A stretch of 64,000 bases of DNA from a bacterium (lineage in GTDB: Bacteria > Zhuqueibacterota > Zhuqueibacteria > Oceanimicrobiales > Oceanimicrobiaceae): positions 18,943-82,942 of the forward strand of contig JBBIIG010000004.1 of assembly GCA_037446635.1 (NCBI GenBank). The letters run 5' to 3'. Positions 45,380 through 55,756 of the stretch are shown here, in pieces. Both the position numbers and the translations under genes were made by a program. Numbering within the stretch: position 1 is the first letter of the stretch; each line of letters begins with the position of its first letter. The notes below the pieces were generated by a model that saw only the letters and a program-made list of their open reading frames with translations, searched no databases and was not told where the DNA came from.

Positions 45380-48010
45380 TTAAAACGCCGCGCGATAGAA
45401 CGGCAAATAATCGAACAGGGCGTAGCGCTGGTCGATGTACCACCAGGCGCCGCCTAAAATCAACAGCCCTAAAATCACCGCCGTGAAAAGGGCGTTGAAC
45501 AACGTCAAATTAAAAACCACCCGGCTGCCGCGAAAAATGCGGATGGCGGTCCAAACCGCAAACAGCAGAACCAGCAGGATGGCATAACTCGCGGCGCCGG
45601 TCTGACTGATGATGCGATAATAGATGGGAACGATCGGCAGCAGCCAGAGAAAGTTCGCGCTGTCCCAAACCACCATCGTATAAAACTGGGTCGCGGGCGT
45701 ATTTTCACCGATAACCAAATCAAGCGTTCTCAAAAAAATCGTGACAACGATACCAAGAAGGATCAGCGCCAAAAAACATACGGGGATGAAGAGCAGCGGA
45801 TTCCAAATCAAGCGAATCACCATCAGCTTCAGCGGCGGCGAGGCGAAAAAAAGATCCAGCAATGAGTTGAAAAGCAAGTGGTCGCGAAATCGAAAAGCGA
45901 TGCTGGAAAGGATGATGCTGATCAACAAACTAATGACAAAGCTCAACAGGATGGTGTGAAAAAAAGGCGTCTTTCTGCGCTCGCGCAGCTCAACGTAAAA
46001 ACCGTGAGGATACAAAAATACCCGGCGCAGGTTCGCCCGCAAACGGGAATCGCGATTGAGATTGAAAAGAAAAATCAGGATGCTTGCGATTCCCGCAATT
46101 GGATAGATGATGGGATAATGAGCTTCGGCCGCGGTGACAGAAACAGCTTTCGCCGGCGCTTTTGCAAAAAACGACCGCGCGATTTCATAAGCCAGACGCG
46201 ATTCCACGGCGCCAGCCGCGATGCCAGAGCGATGCACATCCGGCGCCGGCTCGCGGGCAAAAAGCAGATTGGGACGCGCCTCGCGCCAGTCGCTAAAAGT
46301 ATGAAACAAGACGCCCGCGGCGCGGTGAGTAGAATCCATTCGCGCCAGCGTACTCCGCAGCATCTCGGCCTGGACTTGCTGGGCTTTGCGATACTTGGAT
46401 ATCATCACGGAATTGCGCGGCGCGTCCATCGCCCGCGCAACGCCGCCGCTTTCATGGTGAATGAGCAAAGGAGATCCCAGCGACAACAAGAGCGGACGCG
46501 GCCCGGTTACCGCCGCCAAAGAATTCGACATATCGATGATGTGCTCGGCGGAACGATAATAGCCCTCGACGATGGCAAACTCGAACCCGGAAAATGGTGC
46601 GATTTTTTTTACAAAACGAAAAGAAAGGTAGGCCGGCAGAGACGATCGCTTGCGCAACCGCTCCCGCAGTTCATTTAAAAAGTTGACCGTGGCTGGACGT
46701 TCCGTCAACAAATCCGTTCCCAGCCCCCAGCCCGCCGTGGCGACGTGCAGCGCATCCCGCTTCAGCATTTCCTCAAAATAGTTTTGAGCCAGATCGACAA
46801 ACTCCGGATTGAGAAAAAAATTATCCGGAATCGTGTGCAGCGGCATTTCCTGAAAAACCAACAGGCCGATCTCGTCGCAGGCGTCTAAAAAAAACGGCGG
46901 CGCGGGCGTCCCGAAAATCCGCACCAAGTTGGCGCCGCTCTCTTTGATTCGCCGCACTTGCCGGCGGGCTTCGGCGGCGCTGAAAATCGCGCCGGCGTCC
47001 ACGGCGGTCTCGGCCCAATCGAATCCTCTGATCTCGAAAGGCTGGCCGTTTAACATGAAGCGCCCGCCGGCAATCCTGAAAGCTTTAAAACCGATCCGCT
47101 TCACCACTTCATCGATGATTTCCGAATTTCGCGTTAAGAAAAGCCGAAGCTGATACAGGGCTGGCCGCTCGGGAGACCACAATGCTGGCTGTGGAATTTC
47201 CAGATCGATCGTGCAGTTCGCCGCGCCCACAGTGAAGATCAAATCATGCGCTGGCGAGCGACTAATTAAACCTTTGCCGGCGGCATCCCATAACTCAACC
47301 CGGCAGGCAACGGGGTCTTCCAGATCGCGCAGACGATTTTGAATGTGCGTTTCCACAATCAGATCGCAGCGGGTGTAATCTGTCGCAAACGTTTCCGCGA
47401 TACGCACATCTTCGATGGCAACCGCCGCGGAAATTTGTAAAAAGATATCTCGGAAAATCCCGCCGTAGTTGAATGGAAAATGCAAGCGATGGCGCGGCGG
47501 CAAGCTGGCGCGGGGGTGCAGCCGGTTGTCCACCACAACACGAATCTCATTTTCAGCAAGCGGGCGCAGCGCCTCCGTGGGAATTTCCAACTCAAAAGAA
47601 GTGTGGCCGCCGTTGTGCAGGCCAACGTAAGAATCATTGACATAAATCTCGCAGCGATTGTTTATGCCGAGAGCAATTAAGTGGACCGCTTTGCTCGCCA
47701 AGTTAGCGCCCACTGAAAACACCCGCCGAAATTCAACCTCGCCCTCGAATTCATACACCCCCGGCACGGAGACGGAATTCCACTGAGCTTCGCCCTTGAG
47801 CCGCGCCTCCCAAGGTCCGTTTAAATTGATGATGCTGCGCGCAGCCGAGGATGCGCGCAGCAGCGAGTCGGCCAAAGAGGCTTCAGCAGGGGGACGAGCA
47901 ACGTAGCGCGTTCGCCAGTCGTTGGTGGAAAGCGCACTCGCGGAATAAAGCAGATTAAATGTGCACAGGGCGCAAATAAACATCGCCCTCGCCGGCGGAT
48001 GGCGTCTCAT
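45380..48010 (-). CDS. Glycoside hydrolase family 2-like protein (sugar-binding, Ig-like and TIM-barrel domains) fused to a C-terminal polytopic membrane domain
   Basis: ..SVSVPGVYEFEG..IYVNDSYVGLHNGGHTSFE.., ..FNYGGIFRDIFL.., ..FMLNGQPFEIRGFDWAE.., then ~7 hydrophobic helices at the C-terminus. The ATG at 48010 is preferred. Confidence 0.7.
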   Translation of the reverse strand: MRRHPPARAMFICALCTFNLLYSASALSTNDWRTRYVARPPAEASLADSLLRASSAARSIINLNGPWEARLKGEAQWNSVSVPGVYEFEGEVEFRRVFSVGANLASKAVHLIALGINNRCEIYVNDSYVGLHNGGHTSFELEIPTEALRPLAENEIRVVVDNRLHPRASLPPRHRLHFPFNYGGIFRDIFLQISAAVAIEDVRIAETFATDYTRCDLIVETHIQNRLRDLEDPVACRVELWDAAGKGLISRSPAHDLIFTVGAANCTIDLEIPQPALWSPERPALYQLRLFLTRNSEIIDEVVKRIGFKAFRIAGGRFMLNGQPFEIRGFDWAETAVDAGAIFSAAEARRQVRRIKESGANLVRIFGTPAPPFFLDACDEIGLLVFQEMPLHTIPDNFFLNPEFVDLAQNYFEEMLKRDALHVATAGWGLGTDLLTERPATVNFLNELRERLRKRSSLPAYLSFRFVKKIAPFSGFEFAIVEGYYRSAEHIIDMSNSLAAVTGPRPLLLSLGSPLLIHHESGGVARAMDAPRNSVMISKYRKAQQVQAEMLRSTLARMDSTHRAAGVLFHTFSDWREARPNLLFAREPAPDVHRSGIAAGAVESRLAYEIARSFFAKAPAKAVSVTAAEAHYPIIYPIAGIASILIFLFNLNRDSRLRANLRRVFLYPHGFYVELRERRKTPFFHTILLSFVISLLISIILSSIAFRFRDHLLFNSLLDLFFASPPLKLMVIRLIWNPLLFIPVCFLALILLGIVVTIFLRTLDLVIGENTPATQFYTMVVWDSANFLWLLPIVPIYYRIISQTGAASYAILLVLLFAVWTAIRIFRGSRVVFNLTLFNALFTAVILGLLILGGAWWYIDQRYALFDYLPFYRAAF

Positions 48011-48104
48011 TTTTCTGAAAGGTTGTTCGGAGCAATAATTTAATTTAGGATAATTTGAAGTAAAAGCAAGTTTGTGCTTTACTTTTTTAAGACGGTTTCT
48101 TATA

Positions 48105-50126
48105 ATGAGGCTCAAAAAATCCTCTATGACAACTTTCCCTCTAACCCACCGGCGACTCGTCGCTGCCCTGGCGGTTTGGTTTGGAATTTTGGCGAGCAGC
48201 CTTTCAGCGCAGACATCCGAAGCGCCGGTCGATGGAATCGCCTACCTGAAATTGAACCTCCCAAAACTGGTTTTGAAGGACGCCAGTTTCGAGGTGAACA
48301 TTCAGGCGATGACCGGCGACAGCGCCCTCGCGCGGGCTTTTTCGGGAATCGCTCTCGTCTCCGGATTAGAAATCAAAACTTCCGCAAAAATTTATAAACG
48401 AATCGAGGGCATCGAATTTCGCGACGGCCGCGCAACGATTTCCAATGCCGCTATTCGCAAGACCGGCAGCCAGGCCGTAACGGTTGTACTTGATGGAATT
48501 CGCGCCGAGGCGCAAACGCGGGTCATCCCCGGCATCTTGAGCCTGCTGCCGCCGATCCTCGCTATTGCGCTGGCGTTCATCGCGCGGCAGGTGCTGCTCT
48601 CGCTGTTTTGCGGCGTCTGGTTAGGCAGCATGTTTGTTTTTGACTACAACCCGCTGCAGGGCTTTATCAAAACCGTTGACACCTATCTCGTGAAAGCGCT
48701 GGCCGATTCCAGCCACGCCTCGATTCTGATTTTTAGCATGACGTTGGGCGGGATGGTGGGCGTGATCTCCAAAGCCGGCGGCACGCAAGGCATCGTGCAG
48801 AAACTTTCGAAATTTGCCAAGAACCAGCGCGGCGGCCAACTGGCGACCTGGGCCATGGGGGTGCTGATTTTTTTTGATGATTACGCCAACACGCTCATCG
48901 TCGGCAACACCATGCGCCCGTTCACCGATCGCCTGCGCGTTTCTCGTGAAAAGCTTTCGTACATCGTGGACTCCACCTCGGCGCCCATCGCTTCGATTGC
49001 GTTGATTTCCACCTGGATCGGATTTCAAATCGGCCTGATCGATCAAGCGTTCGATGCCCTGAAAATCGAGCACAACGCCTACAATATTTTTCTGGAGTCG
49101 ATTCCGTTTTCTACTTACAGCATCCTGGCCGTTCTATTTGTGTTGGTCATCGCGTTGGCGCAGCGCGATTTTGGCCCTATGTATCGCGCCGAGATACGGG
49201 CGCTGCGCTTTGGCAAAGTTTTACGCGACGGCGCGCAACCCCTCACCGACAGCGCGGCGCTGGATATGACCGCCGACGAGCGCACGCCGCTGCGGTGGTA
49301 CAACGCCCTCATTCCAATCATAGTTGTGATCGGGGTGACCCTGGTGGGTTTGTATTTAGATGGCAGAACGTCGCTGGGAGAAGCAGCGGCCACGGCAAAA
49401 TTAGGAGATATCTTTGGGGCGGCGAACTCGTTTTCGGTTTTGATGTGGGCCGCCTTCACCGGCCTACTCACGGCGATGGCGTTGAGCGTGTCTCAAAAAA
49501 TTTTGACGCTCAACGAAACTCTCAACGCCGCGGTCAACGGCTACAAGTCGATGTTGATGGCCGCCATGATCTTGATCCTGGCGTGGGCCATCGGGGAGAT
49601 TTGTAAAGACCTGCACACCGCCGACTACGTCATCGAATTTAGCAAAGGCATTCTATCCCCCCACATCATTCCGTTCGTGACCTTCATCGTCGCGGCGTTC
49701 ATCAGTTTTTCCACCGGCACCTCGTGGGCGACCATGGCCATCCTGACGCCCATCGTCATTCCCATCGCCTACCAGCTTCCGTTGGAGGCCGGGCTCAACA
49801 GCACGTTGAGCCACGAAATTCTCATCGGCACGGTTGGCGCCGTGTTGTCAGGCTCGGTCATGGGCGATCACTGTTCTCCCATTTCCGATACCACGATTCT
49901 TTCTTCCATGTCGTCCGCTGCGGACCACGTGGATCATGTGCGCACGCAACTACCCTACGCCATTTTGGTGGGAATGGTAGCTTCGTTGAGCGGTTATCTT
50001 CCCAACGGCTGGGGCTTCAACACCTACCTGTCGCTGCTGGCTGGCGCGATCGCGCTCACGGCGATCGTTTTCATTTTTGGCAAACCTTCCGACCGAATTA
50101 CAGAGGGCGTCCAACCAAAAGCTTAA
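48105..50126 (+). CDS. NhaC-family Na+/H+ antiporter with an N-terminal extracytoplasmic extension
   Basis: Signal/TM, then ~12 TM helices with NhaC-like ..GGMVGVISKAGGTQGIV... The start is uncertain (48105 or 48126). Confidence 0.7.
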   Translation: MRLKKSSMTTFPLTHRRLVAALAVWFGILASSLSAQTSEAPVDGIAYLKLNLPKLVLKDASFEVNIQAMTGDSALARAFSGIALVSGLEIKTSAKIYKRIEGIEFRDGRATISNAAIRKTGSQAVTVVLDGIRAEAQTRVIPGILSLLPPILAIALAFIARQVLLSLFCGVWLGSMFVFDYNPLQGFIKTVDTYLVKALADSSHASILIFSMTLGGMVGVISKAGGTQGIVQKLSKFAKNQRGGQLATWAMGVLIFFDDYANTLIVGNTMRPFTDRLRVSREKLSYIVDSTSAPIASIALISTWIGFQIGLIDQAFDALKIEHNAYNIFLESIPFSTYSILAVLFVLVIALAQRDFGPMYRAEIRALRFGKVLRDGAQPLTDSAALDMTADERTPLRWYNALIPIIVVIGVTLVGLYLDGRTSLGEAAATAKLGDIFGAANSFSVLMWAAFTGLLTAMALSVSQKILTLNETLNAAVNGYKSMLMAAMILILAWAIGEICKDLHTADYVIEFSKGILSPHIIPFVTFIVAAFISFSTGTSWATMAILTPIVIPIAYQLPLEAGLNSTLSHEILIGTVGAVLSGSVMGDHCSPISDTTILSSMSSAADHVDHVRTQLPYAILVGMVASLSGYLPNGWGFNTYLSLLAGAIALTAIVFIFGKPSDRITEGVQPKA

Positions 50127-50648
50127 ACCGGCTTGCAACTGCCGTTAAAATAATTTTGCTTGTACCCGACGTAACGCTCCGCGGAGCGTTTGATTAAAGT
50201 AATCTCCTCCAAAGTCAGCGAGCGCTTGACAATTGCCGGTACCCCAGCCACTAACGAGTGCTCAGGAATGTTCTCGCCTTCGCGAATGAGCGCGCCAGCC
50301 GCCACCAGCGAAAATCTCCCGATGCGCGCGCCATCTAAAATTCGCGCCCCCATCCCGATCAAACAATCATCCTCGATGGTACAGCCGTGCAAGATGGCGG
50401 CGTGTCCGATCGTCACCCGGTTGCCAATTGTTAGTATGGACCTTTGATAAGTTACGTGCAGAGTGGCGTTGTCCTGAATGTTGGAGCGCTGGCCGATGCG
50501 GATGGGGTTGACGTCGCCGCGCGCGACAACATTAAACCAAACGCTGGAATCTTCGCCAATCTCCACGTCGCCGATAATGGTGGCGGTGGCGGCAATAAAA
50601 ACAGAGGGGTGAATTTTAGGGTGGGCGCCGTTATATGAAAAAAGCATG
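50123..50648 (-). CDS. Gamma-carbonic-anhydrase-like hexapeptide-repeat protein (YrdA/PaaY-like)
   Basis: ..IHPSVFIAATATIIGDVEIGEDSSVWFNVVARGDVNPIRIGQRSNIQDNATLH.. Left-handed beta-helix repeats. The ATG at 50648 is preferred. Confidence 0.75.
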
Positions 50649-50795
50649 GTTCCCTCCAGTTCGTGAACTCTTTGCAAAAAAGTCTCACGCAAATCCGCAA
50701 AGGCGCTAAGAAGCATAAAAAAAATCTTTGCGTCTCCGCGTCTTTGCGTGCGCTCTTTTTTGGTAGCGGCTTGGACTCTATTGTTGAAAATTGTT

Positions 50796-51755
50796 TCAGT
50801 CGAGGTTGTTGGCGATTTTAACCGCGCGCACCATGGCGTCCGCCACCAGTTCCGCAGCCGCGCTTCCGATGGTGGTAACGTTGCCCCGTTTCTGGCCAAC
50901 GGAAAGGCAAAACACCAGGTCGCCATCGAACGGGGTGTGCGCCGGCCGCGTCGCGCGGCCCAGCCCATCTTGCGCCATCTCCGCAATTTTAATGGCTTCT
51001 TCTTTTGTCAGCAAGGCATCGGTCGCGACGACCGCTAAGGTGGTGCTGCTGGCCGCGCGGAAGGGTTCCACCGCAAATGGCTCGATGGCGTGGGTTTTCA
51101 AATAGCGCTCGCAATTGATGAACTCGCCGGATTGCGGGTCGCGCGCGCCGGCGATAATTTCTCCGGAATAGGGGTCAACCACATCGCCGAACGAATTCAC
51201 CACCACCAGGCTGCCAACATACATCTCGCCCAATTTAAGGGAGTTGGTTCCCACTCCTCCTTTCATGCGAAATTCGTAGCCCGCTGCCTTTCCCACAGTG
51301 GCGCCGCAGCCCGCGCCGACTCGGCCCTCTTGTGGAGCTTTGGAACTGGCGTGCGCCGCGGCGGCGTATCCCATTTGCTTATCCGGGCGAATTTTAGCAT
51401 CGCCCTCCCGCAAATCAAAAATAACCGCCGCCGGCACAATGGGCACTTTAGTGATGCCCACGTCGTAGCCGATATTGCGCTCTTCGAGAAATTGCTGCAC
51501 CCCACCGGCGGCGTCCAGTCCAAAGGCGCTGCCCCCAGTCAGCAGAATCGCATGAATTTTAGGAACCAGCCGCACCGGCCGCAAAGTCTCGACTTCCCGG
51601 GTGCCGGGCGCGGAGCCGCGGATATCGACGCCAGCGACTGCGCCGTTCTCCGGCAAAATCACCGTGCAGCCGGTCATGCCGGCTTCGTTCTGGGCATGTC
51701 CGACTTTGACGCCGGGAACATCGCAAATGGAGCCGGTTTTGTTGATCTTATTCAA
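50796..51755 (-). CDS. DmpA/S58 (P1-family) Ntn-hydrolase peptidase (L-aminopeptidase/D-esterase-like)
   Basis: ..ICDVPGVKVGHAQNEAGMTGCTVILPE.., ..LLTGGSAFGLDAAGGV.., ..STTLAVVATDALL.. TTG start at 51755..51753 overlaps the ATPase stop. Confidence 0.75.
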   Translation of the reverse strand: MNKINKTGSICDVPGVKVGHAQNEAGMTGCTVILPENGAVAGVDIRGSAPGTREVETLRPVRLVPKIHAILLTGGSAFGLDAAGGVQQFLEERNIGYDVGITKVPIVPAAVIFDLREGDAKIRPDKQMGYAAAAHASSKAPQEGRVGAGCGATVGKAAGYEFRMKGGVGTNSLKLGEMYVGSLVVVNSFGDVVDPYSGEIIAGARDPQSGEFINCERYLKTHAIEPFAVEPFRAASSTTLAVVATDALLTKEEAIKIAEMAQDGLGRATRPAHTPFDGDLVFCLSVGQKRGNVTTIGSAAAELVADAMVRAVKIANNLD

Positions 51756-52909
51756 GACTCTTTCTCGGGATGGGATCGGAAAAGTTGGAACCGTTTCCTG
51801 AGAGGAGTTTTGCGGGAGGGCACTTCCAAGATCAAGCTGCTGTCGTTGAAGAAAAACAAATCGCCGATGACCAGACCGATGGATCGCCGCAGCGGCTTCC
51901 AGTTTTCGCGATAGGCGTAGGCATCGACTTTGGTGCCTTCGCGGCCTTTGGTGACCAGCCGCACGCGCTGGGGAAACTCGCGATTGATCATAAACGGCGA
52001 ATGGGTGGTGAAAATCAACTGATTTTTGATGGCGAGGTCTTCGATGACGCGCGTTAAATCTTTCTGGCCAGCGGGATGCAGATGGATGCCGGGCTCATCC
52101 AGCAGAAAAAAATATTCATTGGCTTTGGCCTCGAACGTTTGCGCGATAAAATTGATGTAAAAAGACAAGTACCAGCGGAAGCCCAGGCTGCGCGACTCCG
52201 GCGTGTCATACACGGTCGTGCCGTCGGAAATGTCGATGTACAAAACTTTGCCGTTGACGTTGAGCTTGATTTCGATGGTGGGTTCCTGCGACCAGACGCG
52301 GCGGATTTGCTGGGTGATGAGCCGGCCGGCTTCTTCGCTGGCGCGGCGGCCGCGCGTCGAATCTTCAAAGATGATTTCAAAATTATTTTGCAGCCCGCCG
52401 ATCTTGAGCAAATTTCTTTCGGTGAGAAAATTCTTGTCGCCGTTCAACAACGTCTCCAGCTCCACCCGATTCTTGATCAACGAAATGCTTTCGAAGTACA
52501 AAATTTTCGGCAGCAGCTCCAAAAATCGCCGCATGTTGAGAATTTTGATCTCTTCGTTGTTGGCGTAAACATGATAGTTCGAAAGTTCGGGGCCATCCTT
52601 TTTCACCAGGAATTTTTCCACGTCTTTAAACGCCTCGGAAATCGGCATCAAATTTCTTTTGTTGTCGCGCGAAAGCTGAGTGAACTCAAACGTGATTTCC
52701 GGACATTTGCCTTGATAGTAGTAATCGGAGTATTGGCAGGTGAGGTGGTTGGTAAATGGGAAATCCGGGCGAAACGACTCGAGGGCGCGCAGGAGATTGG
52801 TTTTGCCGCTTTCGTTGGCGCCAATCAGCACGCTCACTTTTGGATCCACGGGCAGAGTTAATTCAAAAATCGACCGAAAAGCTTTGACGTGCACACTGCT
52901 TATTAACAT
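51752..52909 (-). CDS. OLD-family-like ABC ATPase (AAA_15/AAA_21 type) lacking a Toprim/nuclease domain
   Basis: ..VHVKAFRSIFELTLPVDPKVSVLIGANESGKTNLLRALE.. (Walker A), ..FFLLDEPGIHLHP.. (Walker B/D-loop), ..FTTHSP.. (H-loop). 385 aa. Confidence 0.7.
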   Translation of the reverse strand: MLISSVHVKAFRSIFELTLPVDPKVSVLIGANESGKTNLLRALESFRPDFPFTNHLTCQYSDYYYQGKCPEITFEFTQLSRDNKRNLMPISEAFKDVEKFLVKKDGPELSNYHVYANNEEIKILNMRRFLELLPKILYFESISLIKNRVELETLLNGDKNFLTERNLLKIGGLQNNFEIIFEDSTRGRRASEEAGRLITQQIRRVWSQEPTIEIKLNVNGKVLYIDISDGTTVYDTPESRSLGFRWYLSFYINFIAQTFEAKANEYFFLLDEPGIHLHPAGQKDLTRVIEDLAIKNQLIFTTHSPFMINREFPQRVRLVTKGREGTKVDAYAYRENWKPLRRSIGLVIGDLFFFNDSSLILEVPSRKTPLRKRFQLFRSHPEKES

Positions 52910-53083
52910 GAATCATCCTTAATTAACGCGAGCTTAATATAAAGACGGGGCAAAACCAAAGCAAGAAAAATTCTTAAACCGCGATCGGTGGGAGCCAGCA
53001 GAATCGTTTAAACCCGCCTACGAAATTTAACACCGAAATACACCGAAAATATTTTTTGACTGGGTTCTGCTAACCTGAATGAT

Positions 53084-53131
53084 TTACCACGAAGATCATG
53101 AAGCTTTTATTTTTCGTGATCTTCGTGGTAA
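53084..53131. other. Long hairpin (19-bp stem with one T.G position, 10-nt loop) in the clpC / ATPase intergenic region
   Basis: TTACCACGAAGATCATGAA-gcttttattt-TTCGTGATCTTCGTGGTAA. No adjacent U-tract on either strand. Confidence 0.55.
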
Positions 53132-53192
53132 CATTCCGGCTCACGTCAATTCTGCGCTTCCAGTGTCATTCGGTGTTTTATTAAAAATGACG

Positions 53193-55682
53193 TTATCCTT
53201 CGATCTCTTGTTCTTTGGGTTTTTGTTTATTGCGGTTCGGGGCAACTTTGGTGATCTTTTTGCGCTCCACTTCCACAAACTCCAGCTCCTCGCCTTTTTT
53301 GCGCACCTGTATGCGGCTGCCTTCGGAGAATTTATTTTTGAGAATTTCTTCCGCAATCGGATCTTCCACATACTTTTGGATGGTGCGGCGCAGCGGCCGC
53401 GCGCCATACACCGGATCGAATCCGCGTTCCACCACGAATTCTTTGGCGCTCTTGGTGAGCTCCACTTCGATGGACATGTCTTCGACTTTCTTCAAAGTCT
53501 CGGCAATCACCACGTCCACGATTTGCAGCATGTGTTCTTTGGCCAGCGAACGGAAGACCACAATTTCATCGACGCGGTTGATGAATTCCGGATTAAAAAT
53601 GCGCTTGACCTCGTCCATGATTTTGTGGCGCATAGCCTCGTAGTCGATGTCGTCGCGGATGGCTGCGAACCCGATGCCGCCGCCTTTGCGGATTTCGCGC
53701 GCGCCGATGTTGGAGGTCATGATCAAAATAGTGTTGCGGAAATCCACGCGGCGGCCGAGGCCGTCGGTCAATTGGCCGTCATCCAAAATTTGCAGCAGGA
53801 TATTGAATACATCCGGATGGGCTTTTTCGATTTCATCAAACAAGACCACGCTGTAGGGGTGGCGGCGCACTTTTTCGGTGAGCTGCCCGCCCTCTTCGTA
53901 ACCGACGTATCCCGGAGGCGCGCCGGTCAAACGCGACACGGAGAATTTCTCCATGTACTCCGACATGTCGATGCGCACCAATGAATCTTCATCTTCAAAC
54001 AACGCGATTGCCAATTCTTTTGCCAATTGGGTTTTACCCACGCCGGTGGGGCCGAGAAAAATGAAGGAGCCGATGGGGCGATGCGGGTCTTTCAAGCCCG
54101 CGCGAGTGCGGCGGATGGCTTTGCTCAACAGCTTGATGGCGTCGTCCTGGCCAATGATGTGCCGCTTGAGGACGTCTTCCAAATTTAAAATCTTTTCCGA
54201 TTCCGATTGCGCCACTTTCTTCACCGGGATGCCGGTCATCATCGAAACTACTTCCGCGATATCATCTTCGGTGACGGTTGCGAGATAATCTTCTTCGGAA
54301 TCTTTCCACCTTCGCTTGGCGGCGTCCAATTTGCGGTTAAGCCGCTTTTCCTGATCACGCAAAATGGCGGCGCGCTCGAACTCCTGGGCTTTGATGACCG
54401 CGTCTTTGTCGCGGCGTACTTTTTTAATTTCTTCCTCCAGCTCGGTGATCTCTTTTGGCACCACAATGTTGGCAAGATGCACGCGCGCGCCGGCCTCGTC
54501 CAACACGTCGATGGATTTGTCGGGTAAAAAGCGATCGGTGATGTAGCGCTCCGAAAGTTTGACCGCGGCTTTGATGGCGCCGTCATCGTAGTAAACTTTG
54601 TGGTGTTTTTCGTAGCGATCTTTCAGTCCTTCCAAAATTTGCAGCGTCTCATCGGCGGAGGGCGGATCGACCATAATTTTCTGGAAGCGGCGCTCGAGCG
54701 CTCCGTCTTTTTCAATGTACTGGCGGAACTCGTCGAGGGTGGTGGCGCCGATACATTGCAGCTCGCCGCGCGCCAACGCCGGCTTGAACATATTGGAAGC
54801 ATCCAACGAGCCGGAAGCGCCGCCAGCGCCAACGATGGTGTGCAGCTCGTCAATAAACAAAATGACGTCTTTGGCGCGCTGCAGCTCGTTCATAATCGCC
54901 TTCATGCGTTCTTCGAACTGGCCGCGGTACTTGGTACCGGCGACGATGGCGCCCAGGTCTAGCGTCACCACGCGCTTGTTGTGAAGTATGCGCGGCACTT
55001 TGCGCTCGACGATTCGCAGCGCCAAGCCTTCGGCGATGGCGGTTTTGCCAACGCCCGGCTCGCCGATCAGCACCGGGTTGTTTTTCTTCCGGCGGCTGAG
55101 AATCTGCGCCACGCGCTGAATTTCATTGTCGCGGCCGATGATGGGATCGAGTTCGCCCTTGCGCGCCAGCTCGGTGAGATCGCGGCCAAAATGATCGAGG
55201 GCCGGGGTTTTTGATTTTTGTGGGTTGGATTCGCGGTTGCTGGGAGCGCCGCGCAAAATGTTTTCCAATTCTTCGCGCACGGTGTCGTAGGTCACGTCGT
55301 AGCTCATCAGCACTTGCGCGGCCACGCCGTCTTTTTCTTTCACCAATGCCAGCAGCAGGTGCTCGGTGCCGATGATATCGGATTTGTATTTTTCCGCTTC
55401 CACGTAAGCCATTTTCAAAATCTTTTCCGCGCGCTTGGTAAACGGGATGTTGCCAATGGTCATGGTATCGCCGCTCGACTTCACTGAGTCTTCGATGGAG
55501 CGTTTAATTTCATCGAGATCGCACCCCAGGTTGCGGAGAATTTCAACAGCGATGCCCTCCCCTTCCCGGATCAAACCCAATAACAAGTGCTCCGTCCCGA
55601 TATAATCGTGGCCTAAACGCAGCGCCTCCTCGCGGGAAAATTGAATGACCATTTGCACTCGGCTCGAAAAGTTATTCTTCAT
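53193..55682 (-). CDS. clpC: ATP-dependent Clp protease ATP-binding subunit ClpC
   Basis: 829 aa, Clp N-repeats, two AAA+ modules (..[10 protein letters not shown].., ..GPTGVGKT..), UVR-like middle domain. Confidence 0.9.
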   Translation of the reverse strand: MKNNFSSRVQMVIQFSREEALRLGHDYIGTEHLLLGLIREGEGIAVEILRNLGCDLDEIKRSIEDSVKSSGDTMTIGNIPFTKRAEKILKMAYVEAEKYKSDIIGTEHLLLALVKEKDGVAAQVLMSYDVTYDTVREELENILRGAPSNRESNPQKSKTPALDHFGRDLTELARKGELDPIIGRDNEIQRVAQILSRRKKNNPVLIGEPGVGKTAIAEGLALRIVERKVPRILHNKRVVTLDLGAIVAGTKYRGQFEERMKAIMNELQRAKDVILFIDELHTIVGAGGASGSLDASNMFKPALARGELQCIGATTLDEFRQYIEKDGALERRFQKIMVDPPSADETLQILEGLKDRYEKHHKVYYDDGAIKAAVKLSERYITDRFLPDKSIDVLDEAGARVHLANIVVPKEITELEEEIKKVRRDKDAVIKAQEFERAAILRDQEKRLNRKLDAAKRRWKDSEEDYLATVTEDDIAEVVSMMTGIPVKKVAQSESEKILNLEDVLKRHIIGQDDAIKLLSKAIRRTRAGLKDPHRPIGSFIFLGPTGVGKTQLAKELAIALFEDEDSLVRIDMSEYMEKFSVSRLTGAPPGYVGYEEGGQLTEKVRRHPYSVVLFDEIEKAHPDVFNILLQILDDGQLTDGLGRRVDFRNTILIMTSNIGAREIRKGGGIGFAAIRDDIDYEAMRHKIMDEVKRIFNPEFINRVDEIVVFRSLAKEHMLQIVDVVIAETLKKVEDMSIEVELTKSAKEFVVERGFDPVYGARPLRRTIQKYVEDPIAEEILKNKFSEGSRIQVRKKGEELEFVEVERKKITKVAPNRNKQKPKEQEIEG

Positions 55683-55756
55683 AGGTTAAGACTCCATGGC
55701 TAAAAATCATTAAATCGCTTCTGACAACAACAATATTAAAATAATTTTGCTTCCAG

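Noticed and set aside
51752-52909. Assignment of the ATPase to a named defence system (PARIS AriA, Gabija GajA, Septu PtuA, P2 Old)
   Set aside because: There is no Toprim, DUF4435 or HNH partner or domain. The only coupled gene is a DmpA peptidase, so the named-system call is unsupported. It is kept as an open candidate.
53079-53984. 301-aa plus-strand ORF antisense to clpC, and several others through 55487
   Set aside because: ClpC is unambiguous on the minus strand and the antisense frames lack motifs.
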